Assembly: GCA_964252035.1 (NCBI GenBank)
Contig: OZ176203.1
DNA: 64,000 nt
Origin: Podarcis erhardii
Lineage: Eukaryota
Direction: 5' to 3' (one strand)
Shown here: positions 1 through 14,657 of the stretch, piece by piece
Layout: every line of letters begins with the position of its first letter
Numbering within the stretch: position 1 is the first letter of the stretch
Translations under genes and position numbers: made by a program
Notes under the pieces: generated by a model
Database searches by the model: none
What the model saw: only the letters and a program-made list of their open reading frames with translations
Told to the model about the DNA's origin: nothing

Positions 1-857
1 TGTTCATCATCTTAAACTAATGTCTGTACTCATGGCTAAAGACCAGCAACACTGACCCTTCACTGCCAGTTTAAATGACAGTTAATTAAAATTATGATAG
101 CAATGAATAAACATTTTATGTACTTCAGTTGTCTAAGCATTATGCAACTAGAATGAAATTTAATTTGCAAATAGAACTACCAAGTTGAAGGCAAAATGCT
201 GATAAAAAGTAAATTGTAAGTTATCACTGGTCATCCACACACATACAGGCAGGCACAGAGACTCACTAATACAGTTTTCAAAGCATGCCTTCAACATTCA
301 ATTAAAAATCTAATTATATTTGGTGTACCAATTACAACCCAAGTGATCTTGCTTTAGGAAGAATGCTTGTGCATGACTGTACTATTTTGTTGACTATTCT
401 TTCTGCCCTAAAGAAAGCATATTTTTATGAATGCTTTCCCTCTTAAAGAGAATTTACAATTTTCTGAGAGTACAGCTTTTCCCTTTATGTAACTGTAAGT
501 AAACCATGGGTTTACGGTTTCTCACCTTAATTTCAACAACATATGACAAGTACAAATTATGGATGGTATTCATCCAAGTAGAGCAAAAGCTTCCAGCTGC
601 ACAGTGGAACTTCATCTCCTCTCCCACCAAACCCTCTAAATCTGTTCTGGTGAACCCTCCAACTATCTGGAATGGAATTGGAGAAGGTGCAGGGTATGTG
701 CAGGAAGAGGAGAGGGAGGTGAAAATCTGTTGTGCAAATGGAAATGCTTCTGCTAATGAAACATTTTCACTTGATACCACTCTATGCATATGGAAATGAA
801 GATAAATTTGAAAACATTGTACAATTTAAATGTAAGTCAGATAATCAATTTTTCAAA

Positions 858-1174
858 GGCTGCATTTGCATGTAATGCAAAGCCAAGAACCATCTTTTAT
901 TAAGCCAAACTATACACTGGTACACGATTCTCCCTTCCTTCACGGGGGTAAACAAATCATGAAACAGGCTAGCTTAGTGTTGCACCCAAGGTTGTGGTTT
1001 GTTAGGGCAAAGCAAACCATGAGGTCAAATTCAGATGTAACACTAAGTTGGCTTCTCCATGGCTTTGGAAAGAGGTGAAAAGTGGGAATGCTTGCACTGT
1101 GTGCACCAGTATGTAGCTTGTGCACAAATGATTAAGCCAAGCTTTATGACTTTGTGTTATGTGTGAACACGGCC
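858..1174. mobile_element. Old foldback MITE, possibly PIF/Harbinger-like
   Basis: Degenerate 25-bp terminal inverted repeats (GGCTGCATTTGCATGTAATGCAAAG vs GGCCGTGTTCACACATAACACAAAG) differing only by transitions; internal inverted arms. Confidence 0.45.
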
Positions 1175-2364
1175 ACTGTTTTTCACTTGCTATTTAGTTT
1201 TGCAAACTGGAATAATAAATAGTGTACTCTATTGGCATACTTAAGTATTCATTGAAAGGTGAAATACAAGTAAAATTTGACACCAGTATTTCTACTGCGT
1301 TAAATTGGTATGGCATGGGATGGGGGATATTACAATAGAAACATGTTTTTTTTTTAATGTCATAGGGATGCCTATGTCAAACATATAGCTTAGATTCTAA
1401 TGCCCAACTTAATGTATGCTTTGTGGTATTTTTACTAAGTCACTGGGGATCTTTACTATAGCTCTGTAAGGGCCCCCAGGTTGACCGTAAAAATTACTTT
1501 TAACACAACTCTGGATGCAGGGTATGCGGGTCTACAAAGTGGGAGAACAATATGTGTTTTTTTGTGGGGAGGGGGTTTGAACAGTCCAGAATAAACCATA
1601 TTAAACTACAACTGTTTTTTTTAAATTTATTTCCCTTTTTCTTACATCCTTACCAAGTGCATGCACAGAGGATAGGAACTCACAGTGTACTCCCTGCTCC
1701 TGCAAAGGCAAATGAATAATGGATGGGGGAAGGAAGAGGTATGGAGTGACAGATGACAAGTCAGTTGAGTGATGGAAGAAAAGCAGAGAAGATCAAAGAT
1801 GAAGAGGAGCAGCAGTGGAGAAAGCACAGGGAAAGCAGTGGGGATGAGAATCTAAGTGTGAAAGAAAAAAAGGCAGAGGTAGACCAGTCTTCAGCCGGAG
1901 AGAACATTGTCATGCAACAGCAGCAGCCAGCACCAAATGACTGGGAAGCTGTAGAAGCAATTATTACTGATTCAACAAGAGTAACACTGTTCTTTATGGG
2001 TATATGAGTTATTTGTATTTGATTAGAATTGTTATGTTTATTATTTAGTTAATGTAGTCACTTGTGAAAAATCCAATAGATGTTCTCTCTCTCTCTATAG
2101 ATAGCTAGACAGACAGACAGTGATCAAGACAGAGAAAGGATTTGTGTGTTGACACAACAGTTTCATCGCTGGCTTGAATCTCTTGTGGTACACTGCAGCC
2201 TGCTCCTAAAGCAGTAGTTTGCAAGAATGGTGAAAGTAGCAAGGGCAACCTGAGAAGCCTACCCATGTACCAGCAGGCATCACATATGTAAACACTTACG
2301 GATCTCATCTAATTTCTTGGGTGAGGGTGTCAAAACCATAAATGGTATGAGTAAATAAGACTAC

Positions 2365-2550
2365 CTTTGGTGAGCTAGTAGGGCTGGCACAAGGGGATCG
2401 AGCAACTCCCTTTTGAATTAGATCTAGTCGAGGAGGCACTGGTGGGAGGCTAAGATGAGGTCCTTGGAGGGGTTCAGGAAGTGGCTTTCTTCTTTGTGCA
2501 AGTGGAGAAGATCCTGGAGATGTCACTGGGGAATTCTGTCTTTCAGTACA
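2365..2550 (-). CDS. CBLB: CBLB coding exon 10 (186 nt, [16 protein letters not shown]...SPTSSPK), Ser/Pro-rich region
   Basis: Matches Cbl-b post-RING sequence; CAG acceptor, GTAGTC donor. I found no next exon in 1-2364, so the gene continues outside the window. Confidence 0.95.
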
Positions 2551-2654
2551 CTGTAACAAAGTATCCATAAGGGTTATAAAACGGTTTTGGTTTTGTTTAT
2601 TGGGATACTTTCATATACACTTTCAAATTCTTATGGCTTATGCACCTATCAACA

Positions 2655-2700
2655 ATTACACTGGCTGTATTGCTATGATTACACTGGCTGTATTGCTATG
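2655..2700. repeat. Perfect 23-bp tandem duplication
   Basis: ATTACACTGGCTGTATTGCTATG x2. Confidence 0.95.
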
Positions 2701-3675
2701 AGGAAGATAAAGATATTTGCTCAAAGAAAGAGAAATAAAGACAAATAAATATAATTACAAATTGGTTCCATATGAGAGCATAAATATACCCTACACCAGG
2801 GCTTAACAAATACACTTGCTGGAGGTGGCAACTCTCACACTAAACATCCCACTGAGTTCAGGGGAACGAACTTTCTAGTGCTGAGGATTTTAATTTTAAG
2901 ATTATTTAAGATTGTTCAGTTGGGGATTTTTAGGATAGCATATTGCTTCAAGTGACGACATCTGGTGCCTCTGTAGTCGAGTTCTATTCCAAACTCCAGC
3001 AATATTTTCAAAATACAGTTAATTTAATGCACGGCAATAATTTAATTTAACACAAATTTCTTTGCTCTTTTATATTACATTTTTAAAATGTTGATGTACT
3101 AATAAAGCCTACAAGAAAGACACTTTAGCTAAAACTGAACACACTTGAATATCTTGGAATTCTTAGATACATAATCCCATTGAAGTTTTAAGTTAATTAG
3201 AAATGAAACTTATTAGAGCAGTACTTGGTTTCTGCAAGTAGGGCTATACCCAAGAAATGTTACTACGTTTGGAACACCTGCAAAGTTGCTTGAAGATCAA
3301 ATCCTTGGTATTTCACATATCAACAATGTGCATTCACTGCAATATACATATATTCCATATATATACATATACATGTATTCCATATATATATACATATATA
3401 CAATATACATATATTTCATATATTCCACAGTGATAGACAGAAGCCTAAACATTTAATTCACACACATTATCTGACACTGATGTCATTTTGAATACTTCTT
3501 TTTAACCTGTGTTGTTTTTGGAAAATATTTATTGCTGGAGATATTGCAGTGTGCATGCTATCCTTCACAATAAGTGATTATTTGTAATTTTGCTGAGCTT
3601 TTTAGCTCTTCAGTTGTGTTCCTGAGCCATTATTGCCTAACTAGTATTAATGCATTTAAACTGTTTCCATTATCA

Positions 3676-4054
3676 TGGGTGCCACTGTGGTCTAAACCAC
3701 TGAGCCTTTTGGGCTTGCCGATCAGAAGGTCGGCAATTCAAATCCATGCGAAGGGGTGAGCTCCCATTGCTCTGTCCCAGCTCCTGCCAACCTAGCAGTT
3801 CGAAAGCACACCAGGGCAAGCAAAGGAATAGGTACCACTGCGTCGGGAAGGTAAACGGCATTTCTGTATGCTCTGGCTTCTGTCACGGTGTTCCGTTGCA
3901 CCAGAAGTGGTTTAGTCATGCAGGCCACATGACCCAGAAAGCTGTCTGTGGACAAATGCTGGCTTCCTCAGCCTGAAAGCGAGATGAGTGTCATACCTCA
4001 TAGATGCCTTTGATTGGACTTAACCATCCAGGGGTCCTTTACCTTTACCTTTTT
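3676..4054 (+). mobile_element. Sauria-type tRNA-derived SINE
   Basis: tRNA-like head with degenerate A and B boxes, recognisable body, GGGGTCCTTTACCTTTACC tail; homologous to 51981-52307. Confidence 0.85.
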
Positions 4055-4070
4055 TATCACGTCAATAATA

Positions 4071-4288
4071 CAGTCGTACCTCCGCTTACGTATCCCTCTG
4101 GATATGTAATCTTCAGGATGCGAATGTGGCAAACTCGGAAGTATTTTTCCGGTTTCGCCCTGAGCGCATGCGCAGAAGCACTCTACGCGCCGCACGCATT
4201 CACAGAAGCGGTTCTCTGGTTGCGAATTCTTCGGCCGTGACCTCCAGACCTCCAGAACGGATCCCATTTGCAACCAGAGGTACCACTG
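4071..4288. mobile_element. Tc1/mariner (Tigger/pogo-like) MITE
   Basis: CAGTCGTACCTC...GAGGTACCACTG TIRs, TA target duplication. Confidence 0.85.
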
Positions 4289-5904
4289 TAATAGCTTATC
4301 AGCTTTAAAACCTACTTCTGTGGATGAGGTGAGTATTCCACATGGCCCCTCTGCTCAAACTGACTAACTACTTTTTGAGTTTGAGCTATTGCCCTTTTGG
4401 GGGGGGGGGAATCTTACCTTCAGGAAGGAGGTGCCAGGAGGAGAAGGGAAGGATGATAGGTCAGATGAAACCCAAGAGGGCCTCCTCTTGGTGGCCAGCT
4501 TGCTTTATACAACATTTGTAATGAGATGCACAATGTCTCATGATATGGTGGCACATGATCTAGGAAGCTTTGCTGCTGAGCAAAGCCCCTTTCTATTAAG
4601 GTACGCATTATTTCAATACGACAGTTGGGAGGGTGGGGCAGAGCATAGGAAATCAGGCTGCTTATAAGTCAAGCCCTTGTAAAGCCCATCATGGTTTTTC
4701 AAACTTTCAACTTGAAAACAAGTAGTCAAACTGCAAGTTCAGCTGAGCAGCTGAGTGTTTGCCCATCTCTACCACTTTCTTATAAGTAAATAAAGTCTGT
4801 AAAACATGAAATACTTTACAGTTTCAGTCTTAAAACTTTTGCAATTGAAATAACATGTCCACACTTTATTCTTTAGTGTTTGTACACAATGAATAGACTT
4901 TTAAGAATTTGCAGGCTTGAGCCCAAATTAGACTACATGGAACGGAGGCATAGAAAAAAGGCATAACTGAATAATCATCAGCTTTAGCATTCTGAATCCA
5001 GACCAATTACAGTAGCTAGACTTTAATATTGTATGACAACTCATGCTTTGAGAGCATTTGCACATGGTATGTTGGTTGGGTTGATACAAGTTTAACCTAT
5101 CAGCTATTCCCATTAGAGTTTTCCTGCGAGAAAGATTGTCACTTTGGTTTTGTGATTTATTCCTCAGACATTACAAATTTGCATTTTTTGCATGAAACAG
5201 AAAAACATATCTGAAACTCATTACTTTCTCTTCAGAAATTACAAAGCAGCTACTAAATATGCTCAAGGCAATTGCTCTGGTTCTGGCAAAAGAGTAGCAA
5301 ACCAGATGGTATAAATGTTTCACAATGCAAAGCAATCTGGATACCGACTCAGCATGATGCACAGCACCATGGAATTCCCAGATTGCTCTGAGACTGCAGC
5401 AAGTGGGTAGGGAGATCATGATTTCTGTTAAATATTCTGAGCATGAAATTAGGTATTTCTGTCCGCAATTGTGCAAACTGTGCTTTAGAAGGTAAACAGG
5501 ATTCATTTTATTACATTAGGAGAGGGGTGGGGAAACTCCATCCCATGGTCCAATCTTGGTTTGCTAGGGGTTCCAATTTGGCCTGCTAGGCCATTTCCCC
5601 CAAACTTTTCCCATCTGCCCATTTACTGACCTCACTGGGTTTAATTCTACATTGGCTGTGTATCCTGTCTGAAGGGAACAGGATCAAATAGCCAAGGCAG
5701 CAGAATTTAATCCCTGCTCATCAGTAAGCAGTAATGGCAGCAGAGACTCCTCTTTTCACACACCTGGTTGCTGCCTGCCCATTCACTTAAAGGGGAACAG
5801 TCAGCTGTTTTAAGCAGCACTTTTGCAAAGTGCTTAAAAACAGCCTCGACACTCCCATATCAGCCTCCAGAGCTATATTTTAAAGCACATGATATATCTG
5901 GAAA

Positions 5905-5928
5905 TATATATATATATATATATATATA
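5905..5928. repeat. (TA)12 microsatellite
   Basis: Read directly; overlaps the splice donor. Confidence 0.95.
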
Positions 5929-5929
5929 C

Positions 5930-6133
5930 CTTCCGCACAGAAGCTAATCGATTCATCATTAAAGATTCTTCTCTGTCATCGTCATCATCCAATTCGAGCA
6001 TGGGTATACCGAAACTATCCATAATGCTGCAGCACCTTGTGTTCTCATCTCGGGGATCAAAGGGGTCCACAATTATGGGTTCAGTTCCTTTGATTTCACA
6101 GCGGCAGAAAGGACACCCCTGACCATCAGACTC
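5930..6133 (-). CDS. CBLB: CBLB coding exon 9 (204 nt, [16 protein letters not shown]...LASVRK), end of RING
   Basis: CPFCR motif completes the RING; TAG acceptor, GTATAT donor. Confidence 0.96.
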
Positions 6134-6749
6134 CTATATGGGTGAAAAGCAAAGTCCTTAATTACTGAGCACTATTTTTATTTGTATGTAAAGAACATTC
6201 CTCAAGAAAAGGGAAATCAGTGAAAAGAATTTTAATTGTTAATTAAAATTACTGCAAAAGAAAACCCAACTGAATGTCTGTTATTCAAATATAGTTCTGT
6301 TTTATTTTTTCTTCCAGGCTTGCCTCTTCATGAAAGTTCAGATATACATCTGGACTTGCAGTTCTCACTAACATGTTGCAGTATTGTGAATAACTACACT
6401 AATGGGAACCTCTTTCATTTCGTAGAATTCCAAAAATTAGGTCAAAAGCTTTCATATCAATGAATTTCCACAAACATTTCTAAGCAATTAGGGACATATT
6501 ATCTAATAGCTTTCAATAGGTCATATTTGTTTACCTTGCGCATGAACATCATTGGTATTATGTTACCAAAATTGTTAAGAGGAATAAACATAAATTACCC
6601 AATCTGTTATTCTCCCTAATGAAGTAAGTTTTTAATTGTGCATGTTTTTTTTTTTTACATTTATAAGTAAATGCAACACAAACATAAACAACCAGAGGGA
6701 AAAAATATGTGTTTTAAAGAACAGAGCAAAAGAAAGAGTAAAGAATATC

Positions 6750-6799
6750 ACTTTACAATATAGAGGTACTATTTACTTTACAGTATAGAGGTACTATTT
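6750..6799. repeat. 25-bp tandem duplication
   Basis: ACTTTACA(A/G)TATAGAGGTACTATTT x2. Confidence 0.9.
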
Positions 6800-9481
6800 G
6801 AGGGGAAAAGAAGAAAGATTTTTTGCTGTTTAACCACAGGCTCTATGCTTTATCAAGTGCTTTTGAAACTTCTCTCTTTCTCTCTTGTTTATTTATTTCT
6901 ATATCACATGCATCCTCGCACCATTATGAATGTAAATTATATCTATTCAGTCAGACTTGCTTAAATAAGACACTATACAAGTGACTTTTCACACTGCCTA
7001 CTGGAAAGGAGTCTCCACATTTTGTCAGGCCTTGATAACTTACCAAATTCTGACTCTGCCTTATCCTCAAAATCAGAATAGGAGTGCTGTCTTGTGTGTG
7101 AAATTGGTCAAAGCTTTAGAGGCATAGGGAATGCTTCTGAAGCAAAATGCAAAAAAAACAAACAAACTCTGAACTTGGTCTCACTTTGTGCAGGAAGGTA
7201 GTCACATTAAAAGAGGTGACTGTTACTAGCAACCTTGACAATGCATTTGTAGATACCCACTTTGGGCTTTAAAATAAGCAATGATTCTATACAAATGAGT
7301 GATTAGCTATGCACACATATAAATTCAATTCAATGTTATAAGCATACAGGAATATTAGGGCAGTGCATGAGTATGAGAAAGAAACTATTTTTTAAAAAAA
7401 CCAAGATAAGTTCCTTTTTCTTATCTTATACATTTTAATTTTTATTTCAATGTTTATTTATCCTAGTTTTCTCTCCATTAAAAAGTACTGAGAAAGTTGA
7501 CATTCAGTACAGAATACCCAGAATAACTGAAGACATGGAGTAGCTTATTTTATTTAATAACGCAGATGTTTCACTATGGGAAAAGGGGATTGGCAATTTC
7601 TCCTTAGGCATGTCTAATGAGCCATTATGACAGCAATTAAACACTAACCACTAGCAAGTATCAACTGACATTGCTACAGTATGTTCCTTTCATCAACTCA
7701 TTAATTATACAGAAGTTAAATTTGCAATGAAGTTTGATTAAATAGGAAATGTGGCTGCTAATGCAAGAAAAGCCCAATGCTCTCTTTCTCATTAGAATTC
7801 ACTTATTAAGGGTTACACTTTAGCTGGAAATACACGATCTGTGTGTTTGGTTTGGGCCATATTCTTCATCCCCACTGAGGCATAGAAGGAGGAACAGCAC
7901 TCCAATGGAAAGTTAACACCTGCAATTTGCCTCTGCACTTGTTTTTACAGCTGCTACACCTAAAGACCCAACAGAGAGTGCAATCCCCATTGGTGAAAGA
8001 AGGAAAAGGGATATTTTTAATTCAATTGCCACCATTTCTACAGCCTTCTTAGCATCCTTAATAGTTCTTTAGATTCCACCAAACAAACAAAAGCATGTAA
8101 AAACAGAGCCTAAAATCTATACACACAAAGATCACACTGGGTGCAATCCGAGAGAGTTTACTTCCTGAGAGTCTGCTAGAAGTAATAGGACTGGACTCAC
8201 TGGTAGCTTCCACCAGATTTAAGTGTGTTTAACTTTCTTTGAATGGTTTCTATTTTAAATGCTTAGGTACAATTTAGGTACAAGTAGGCAGAGTTCAGGC
8301 TTGTCAGATTAATTTTGCTTTTTCCGAGAACCCCAAGATCTACCAACAAGAGCCTGGCACAATATTCTAACATACAGCCTCTGAGCACAACTGAGCATAG
8401 CAAATTTTGTTTTCATTACTAGAAACAAGCAGAACGTACTGTACTTTCACATAAACATTCACTCCTGGTTAAGTTTTCTCATTTTGAGAAGCCGAAAAAG
8501 TTAATTTGAAGTGAGTTGCTTCAAATAGCCATTTTGAGCAGGATTTAATCTCTGTCCATCAGCTGACGAGCAGAGGTTACATCCTGTTGCCTTGTACCCA
8601 TGATCATGTTCTCTGCTGGGTATACAGCAAAAAGCCGCGGCGGAATTAAATCCTGTACATCAGTGATGTCAACTGATGGGATAGTGTGGGCATGATTTGG
8701 GAAAAATAGCCTTGCAGGCCAAAATTGGATCCCCTTGTGGACCATGACTGGCCTGGAGGACAGAGGTTCCCCATCCCTACAGTAAGGGTTCCCCAGATTT
8801 GGTAAGCAAAGGAAGAGGGATAGGAGAAAGAGAGATGATTCACCTTAGCTTCCTCCTCGGCTTGGTGTTTTATTGCTGGGTGAGTTATTTATCGCACAAG
8901 TTCTTAGGACTGCTGACCATTTGAGAAGTCTCTCTCTTCTCTACCCATACACCGCCACTTATCTTCTCCATCCAATAATTTTTAAACATCTTCCTTGACA
9001 AGCTCACACCTAATAATGCTGTTACTTGTAATTCTCAATGGCTTATTGATTTAGCTTTGAATACAGCCCTGCATTTATTTTCATATATGACAAAGTGTGT
9101 CAAAGTGCAGGGCCAAATGTCCTCCACCACATTCCATATAAAGAACATAACTGGTCCGGCAACTGAAGCTTATTTCAATGCTGGTAACACGATAGCATTG
9201 TCCACAGCATCTGAGGCAGCACTGTAGTTTGAAATGGCTATGACAGTCCATGTGGCACACACAGGTCTATCCTCCAACAAAGGGAAATAGCTGCCACTCT
9301 GTACCTCAGCATCTGCCACTTGAGGTGACCCTTTCAGTTTGCCTATTATAGGACTGGCCTGACAAAGTGGAAGCAAAGTAGCAATATTTCAAAGCATATT
9401 CCTGATGCCGATACTGCTGAAAAACCAGCAAAATGAACAGTGAAAAGAGGACCACAACAAGTCGGAAAATAAACCTACCTA

Positions 9482-9667
<186 letters not shown>

Positions 9668-11136
9668 CTATTGCAGTTAAGTGGCTCTGTGGGATGGTAT
9701 GTTTACAAGCTTGCTTCTAACACAGTTTGAGGTTTTTAAGCAAAACAGTGTTTGAGATCACCTATTTTTGAAGCCATTCATGTGACAGAAAATAACTCAC
9801 AGTTACTGGCTACAGTTACTGGTTAACATTATAAGAGAAAACTATTTCAAAACGGGCATAACTTGAAAACAAATGGGGTTGGGGAGATACCCAGAAGACC
9901 TGGAAATGATACCTGAAAGCAGCAAAGGAATTATCTTTTTGTTAATTCCTCCTAATTTGCCATGGCAAGTGGAAGTTCATGTTCCAGCTAGAAAGTTGTG
10001 TCCTCTGTTGGGAACTAGAACAGCACGACAGCATGAAGTATCTCTAGCTTATATTTTAGTCTTTTCTAACAAAATCTTGTCTTTGCCAAAGTTCTGCTCT
10101 TCTTCCTTAATTTTCCTGTCTTTTCATTTTTATAGTAGGTGAAATACCAATCAAAGATGTGTAAGGAAATTATAATCTTCCAATATCATCTTCAGCATGT
10201 CATCACTGCTAGAAGGATAATTATCTCCTAAGTGCTCATAACATTTGTACTCTTGTGCCAATTCTTCCTTAAATGTCAGAAAAAATAATGTCACAATGCA
10301 AGCAGTAATTACAGCATTGTTAGCATACTCCACATAGCATGTATAGGCAACTTGGGGGGTATTTGAGGATTTGTTTGTTATTGTTTTTTCAATTTTAAGT
10401 GATAGTGATTTATCTTTACTATGAAAAAATACTTTGTAATGCCTATCAAAACATCAAGTCTAACAACATGACACATGCATCAGAATCATTCAAAATGCAG
10501 CCAGGGTATTGGCCAATCCACAACAGCTACAGAGAATGAATAGACCACCCTCATCAATATGACAAAACTACCAATGGATGGTGCAGAGAAGAAGAGATAT
10601 GGATTTCTGGCCAACACTTCCTCATTTTTTTATCCTTTCACCATATACGACCAAAGGTCACTCAAGCCCTAAGATGTAATTATCACCAGAGAGGCATCCA
10701 GAGGGGTCAAGCTGCTTGATAAAAATAAATTCACAGGCTACCAAGATCATTACGGTTTTAAACACCCTCCCTACTACAGTTCACAACAAACACACTAATT
10801 GCTTTTAATGAAGGTAACTGAATAGAGATTGTAAAGCAATTAATTATATTTTTGAGGTTAAGGATGATTTTATCTGGATGTTATTTTGAGACTATTGAAT
10901 GATAATATTATATTTAGCTTAATTATAAAGTAAATCCAAACTTTTTCAGAGAGCCCCTATGTAAACCCATCTCATATATTTCCCACCAAAAGTGCCCCCA
11001 CTCCCCAGCCACACCTCAATAGTGTGTCCCCATTAATGGGTGTAATGAACATCTTACTAAAATCTGGGATTTAAGTCTGTTGCATTGTTTTTTATTAATG
11101 CTTTTGCTATAAATGAAGTGATAATATACAACATAC

Positions 11137-11224
11137 CTGTGTAACTTTTATGTGATCATGTGGGGTGGGTTCACACAGTCCTGTCAGATCAGGATTATAA
11201 CTTCTTCCATCTGGGTACAGATAG
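11137..11224 (-). CDS. CBLB: CBLB coding exon 7 (88 nt, [29 protein letters not shown])
   Basis: Hand translation; CAG acceptor, GTATGT donor. Confidence 0.96.
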
Positions 11225-11813
11225 CTGGATTACAAAGAAATAAAGTTTACAATTTTACATTGCTTCTAAATTTTTTAACATTTAATCACACAATGTGCAC
11301 TAACATGTATATAGCTACAAGTTAAAAAAACCCAAACATATGGCTTTCCGAATGAATTTGATAAAACTGGGACAAGTTCACAAGGTCACTAGACAACACA
11401 AATCACAATAGTTACACCTGAAAGCATTCTACCACCAAGATATTCATGAATGGTAAATTTAGATGAGGGTTCCAAAGGTTTTCTCACCCCACTCTAAGCA
11501 TTTGCTTCCAACAACTTTTTCCATTTCCTCTTGCCATTCATTACAATATTCATGTTTATGTTGTTTTTCTATATGCACTATCTGCTGATAATTGTAGCCC
11601 ACTTTTCATTTCATTGTTGCATATAAGTTCACCCTCACCTCTTCTCATCTCCTTGTTTTACTGTTAAGTCAGCAACATAGATCTAGTTTGCCTACATTTG
11701 GGACACTAAAGAAGAGTGTTTGTTTCCCTTTCCCTGCATGAAAATTATGAGCACTCATTGCAATAAAGATGTAATTTTATATTGGATAACTAAACACTGG
11801 TCAGACTGAAATA

Positions 11814-12038
11814 CAGTGGTACCTCGGGTTAAGTACTTAATTCATTCTGGAGGTCCGTTCTTAACCTGAAACTGTTCTTAACCTGAAGCACCACTTTAGC
11901 TAATGGGGCCTCCTGCTGCCACCGCGCCGCCAGAGCACGATTTCTGTTCTCATCCTGAAGCAAAGTTCTTAACCCGAGGTTCTATTTTGGGTTAGCGGAG
12001 TCTGTAACCTGAAGCGTATGTAACCTGAGGTACCACTG
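11814..12038 (+). mobile_element. Tc1/mariner MITE, family A
   Basis: CAGTGGTACCTC TIRs, TA duplication; strand given relative to the other copies. Confidence 0.9.
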
Positions 12039-12115
12039 TACATATCACTCTAAGGTGCATCCCATCTGTCAAAGAACCACGATTCTGTATTTAAAGTAGT
12101 AAACAGTTATACTCA

Positions 12116-12310
<195 letters not shown>

Positions 12311-12864
12311 TCAGGCCAAAGGCCCACCTAACCCATTGCCCTCCATGTTGTTTCACCCTCAATTTCCATTAGCTCAAAAATATGGCTAATAGTCAGTGAT
12401 GGTGGGAGATGTGGTCCAGCAACATCTGGAGGGCCAGAGGTTAACCATCTCTCCACTAAAGCTGCAGTATGTGGTGCCTATAGCCCACCCTCTACATGAA
12501 AAACATGGGTCCTGTTAAAAGTTAGGAAAACTTTCATTTAAAATTAGAAAGGGGTAATAATCCCCCCAGTTCTGAAAGAAAGGTAAAAAATCTGGAAGCA
12601 GCACATTTAAAAGGCTCGGGACTTAAAACAAGGGATCTATGTTTATTAGACTTTACTATGTTCACATAAGTGCATTTTATAATTTTAAAATGCAAATTCA
12701 GTCAGGTGAGCAACACCAGGGTTGCAGGTTTTTCCAGTGTAGCTAGGAATCTCAGAAAATATACCAAGTGAACACTTGTCAAAATAGCACAAAGAGCAAA
12801 AAGTTTTACTGAACACAAAGGTCAAATGACCCTCTTCTAAGAAGTATTAGCAAAAATGCATTAC

Positions 12865-12986
12865 CTTCCTGGTTTGGTGCTGTATTTTTGTAACCGTGCT
12901 TTAACTTCATCGTAAGTCAGAAATGCCATATATCCAGGATGCGTTACAGCTAGGAAGTTCCAGTTTCTTAATATTGAACCCCAAGG
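12865..12986 (-). CDS. CBLB: CBLB coding exon 5 (122 nt, [40 protein letters not shown])
   Basis: Hand translation of the minus strand; TAG acceptor, GTAATG donor. Confidence 0.96.
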
Positions 12987-13110
12987 CTAAACACAAAGTG
13001 AAAAAAATACTGTATTTTTGTCCCATCTTTCCTCCAGTCATTGTGGTGGCATACACTGCTATTTCCCCACTACACTTGCGACCATGTGGGGTAGATTAGG
13101 CTGAGAAAGA

Positions 13111-13420
13111 GGGCCAGCTTGAATGTAACAAGCTTACTAAAACATGCTTTTGTATGTCAGGATTTTGTTCCATGATTTGGTAAAGCAGGCAATGAGCTTC
13201 ATGCCTGTGGACTCCCTGCATTTCTCTCTGTGTTACTGGTTTCTGCCATGATTACTTTAAATCACAGTTTATCATTTTGGAAATAAAGGGAAAGTGCTTT
13301 AAAGTAAGCATGATTTTTAAAAAAACACTGAAACCAGCACATGAGGGGACGGGGAGCATGAGAACTGTATCCATCTTAATAAATCATGGTTTATTAAGCC
13401 AGGATCTTTATGTCTGAACC
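13111..13420. mobile_element. Old MITE-like element apparently splitting a MIR-like SINE (13056-13110 and 13425-13528)
   Basis: Degenerate inverted ends; MIR-like sequence on both flanks. Confidence 0.3.
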
Positions 13421-14258
13421 AGCACATAGTCACTGGGTCAAGGCCACTCAGTAAACTTCATGGCTAGATGTGAATTTTTGCTCAGCTATCCTCGGTCCAA
13501 ATTTAGCATTCCAGACAGTCACCATATCAAAATGTCTCACAATGTATGCAAGATATACTTCTGAAGTCTATAGAATTATTAACATAATTCATTCAATGTA
13601 TGTGATTAACTTTGATACAATTTAACTGGGGGAAACATGCCTAGGTTCATAGCAGGTGAAGAAAAGCCTACTGTCAGCTAAATATAAACTGTTGCTCCTC
13701 ATGAAGCAGCTATCAAAATTTTGATCTTCAATCAAAACTATTTCTCTCTCTCTCTTTATATACTGCCTTTAATAAAAATAATATCAACATGATTCACAAT
13801 ACAATAAAACAATGCAATAAAACATAATAGAAAGCTGTAGTACCCAACATCAGGGGCCCAAGAATACAGCAGCAATTTCTATAATCTTACCTAGTGTTAA
13901 GTATGCAATTTATCACAGCAGTGATGCATAGTAATATACTAAACCTGCCAACTATTACAATTGTTATTTGGAGGTATATAGAGTTCAAGAATATAAACAG
14001 ATCCTATCTCATATTCCCATACCCAGATGTTTAGTTTGTCTGAGTCTTAGCTGCCCTCATAAAGGGAAGATTTTTTTTCTTTTCTCATCTGTACTCTCTC
14101 CTTACACCATTATATTTATTGTGAAGGTGAGAAAAAAAAAGTAATAGAGGAGCTCTAAGCATAACAAGCAAACTGGGTTTTTTATTTAAAAAGTTAAGTC
14201 AAAGATAATTCACACAAATAAAGTTTCTACGTTAAACCAACCCTCAGCTTTTATTCAG

Positions 14259-14323
14259 TTTTAATCAGACTTTTTTCTTGACATTTTCTTGACATTTAAT
14301 CAGACTTTTTTCTTGACATTTTT
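14259..14323. repeat. Compound tandem duplication
   Basis: TTAATCAGACTTTTTTCTTGACATT twice, with an extra TTCTTGACAT between. Confidence 0.85.
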
Positions 14324-14435
14324 GTTTTTAACTGAACAAAATGGCATATTGACTTCAACAATTAGTGAATGCTTTGTAGGGTTTAAAGAAACATATTTGG
14401 TTGTAGACAACATAGGAAGAGGATGTTCAATATTA

Positions 14436-14657
<222 letters not shown>

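Noticed and set aside
506-799. 97-aa plus-strand ORF and overlapping 111-aa minus-strand ORF
   Set aside because: No recognisable homology; intronic; length within chance expectation.
1753-2007. Glu/Lys/Gln-rich ORF, and a similar purine-rich tract at 15200-15460
   Set aside because: Explained by purine bias; no splice or domain support.
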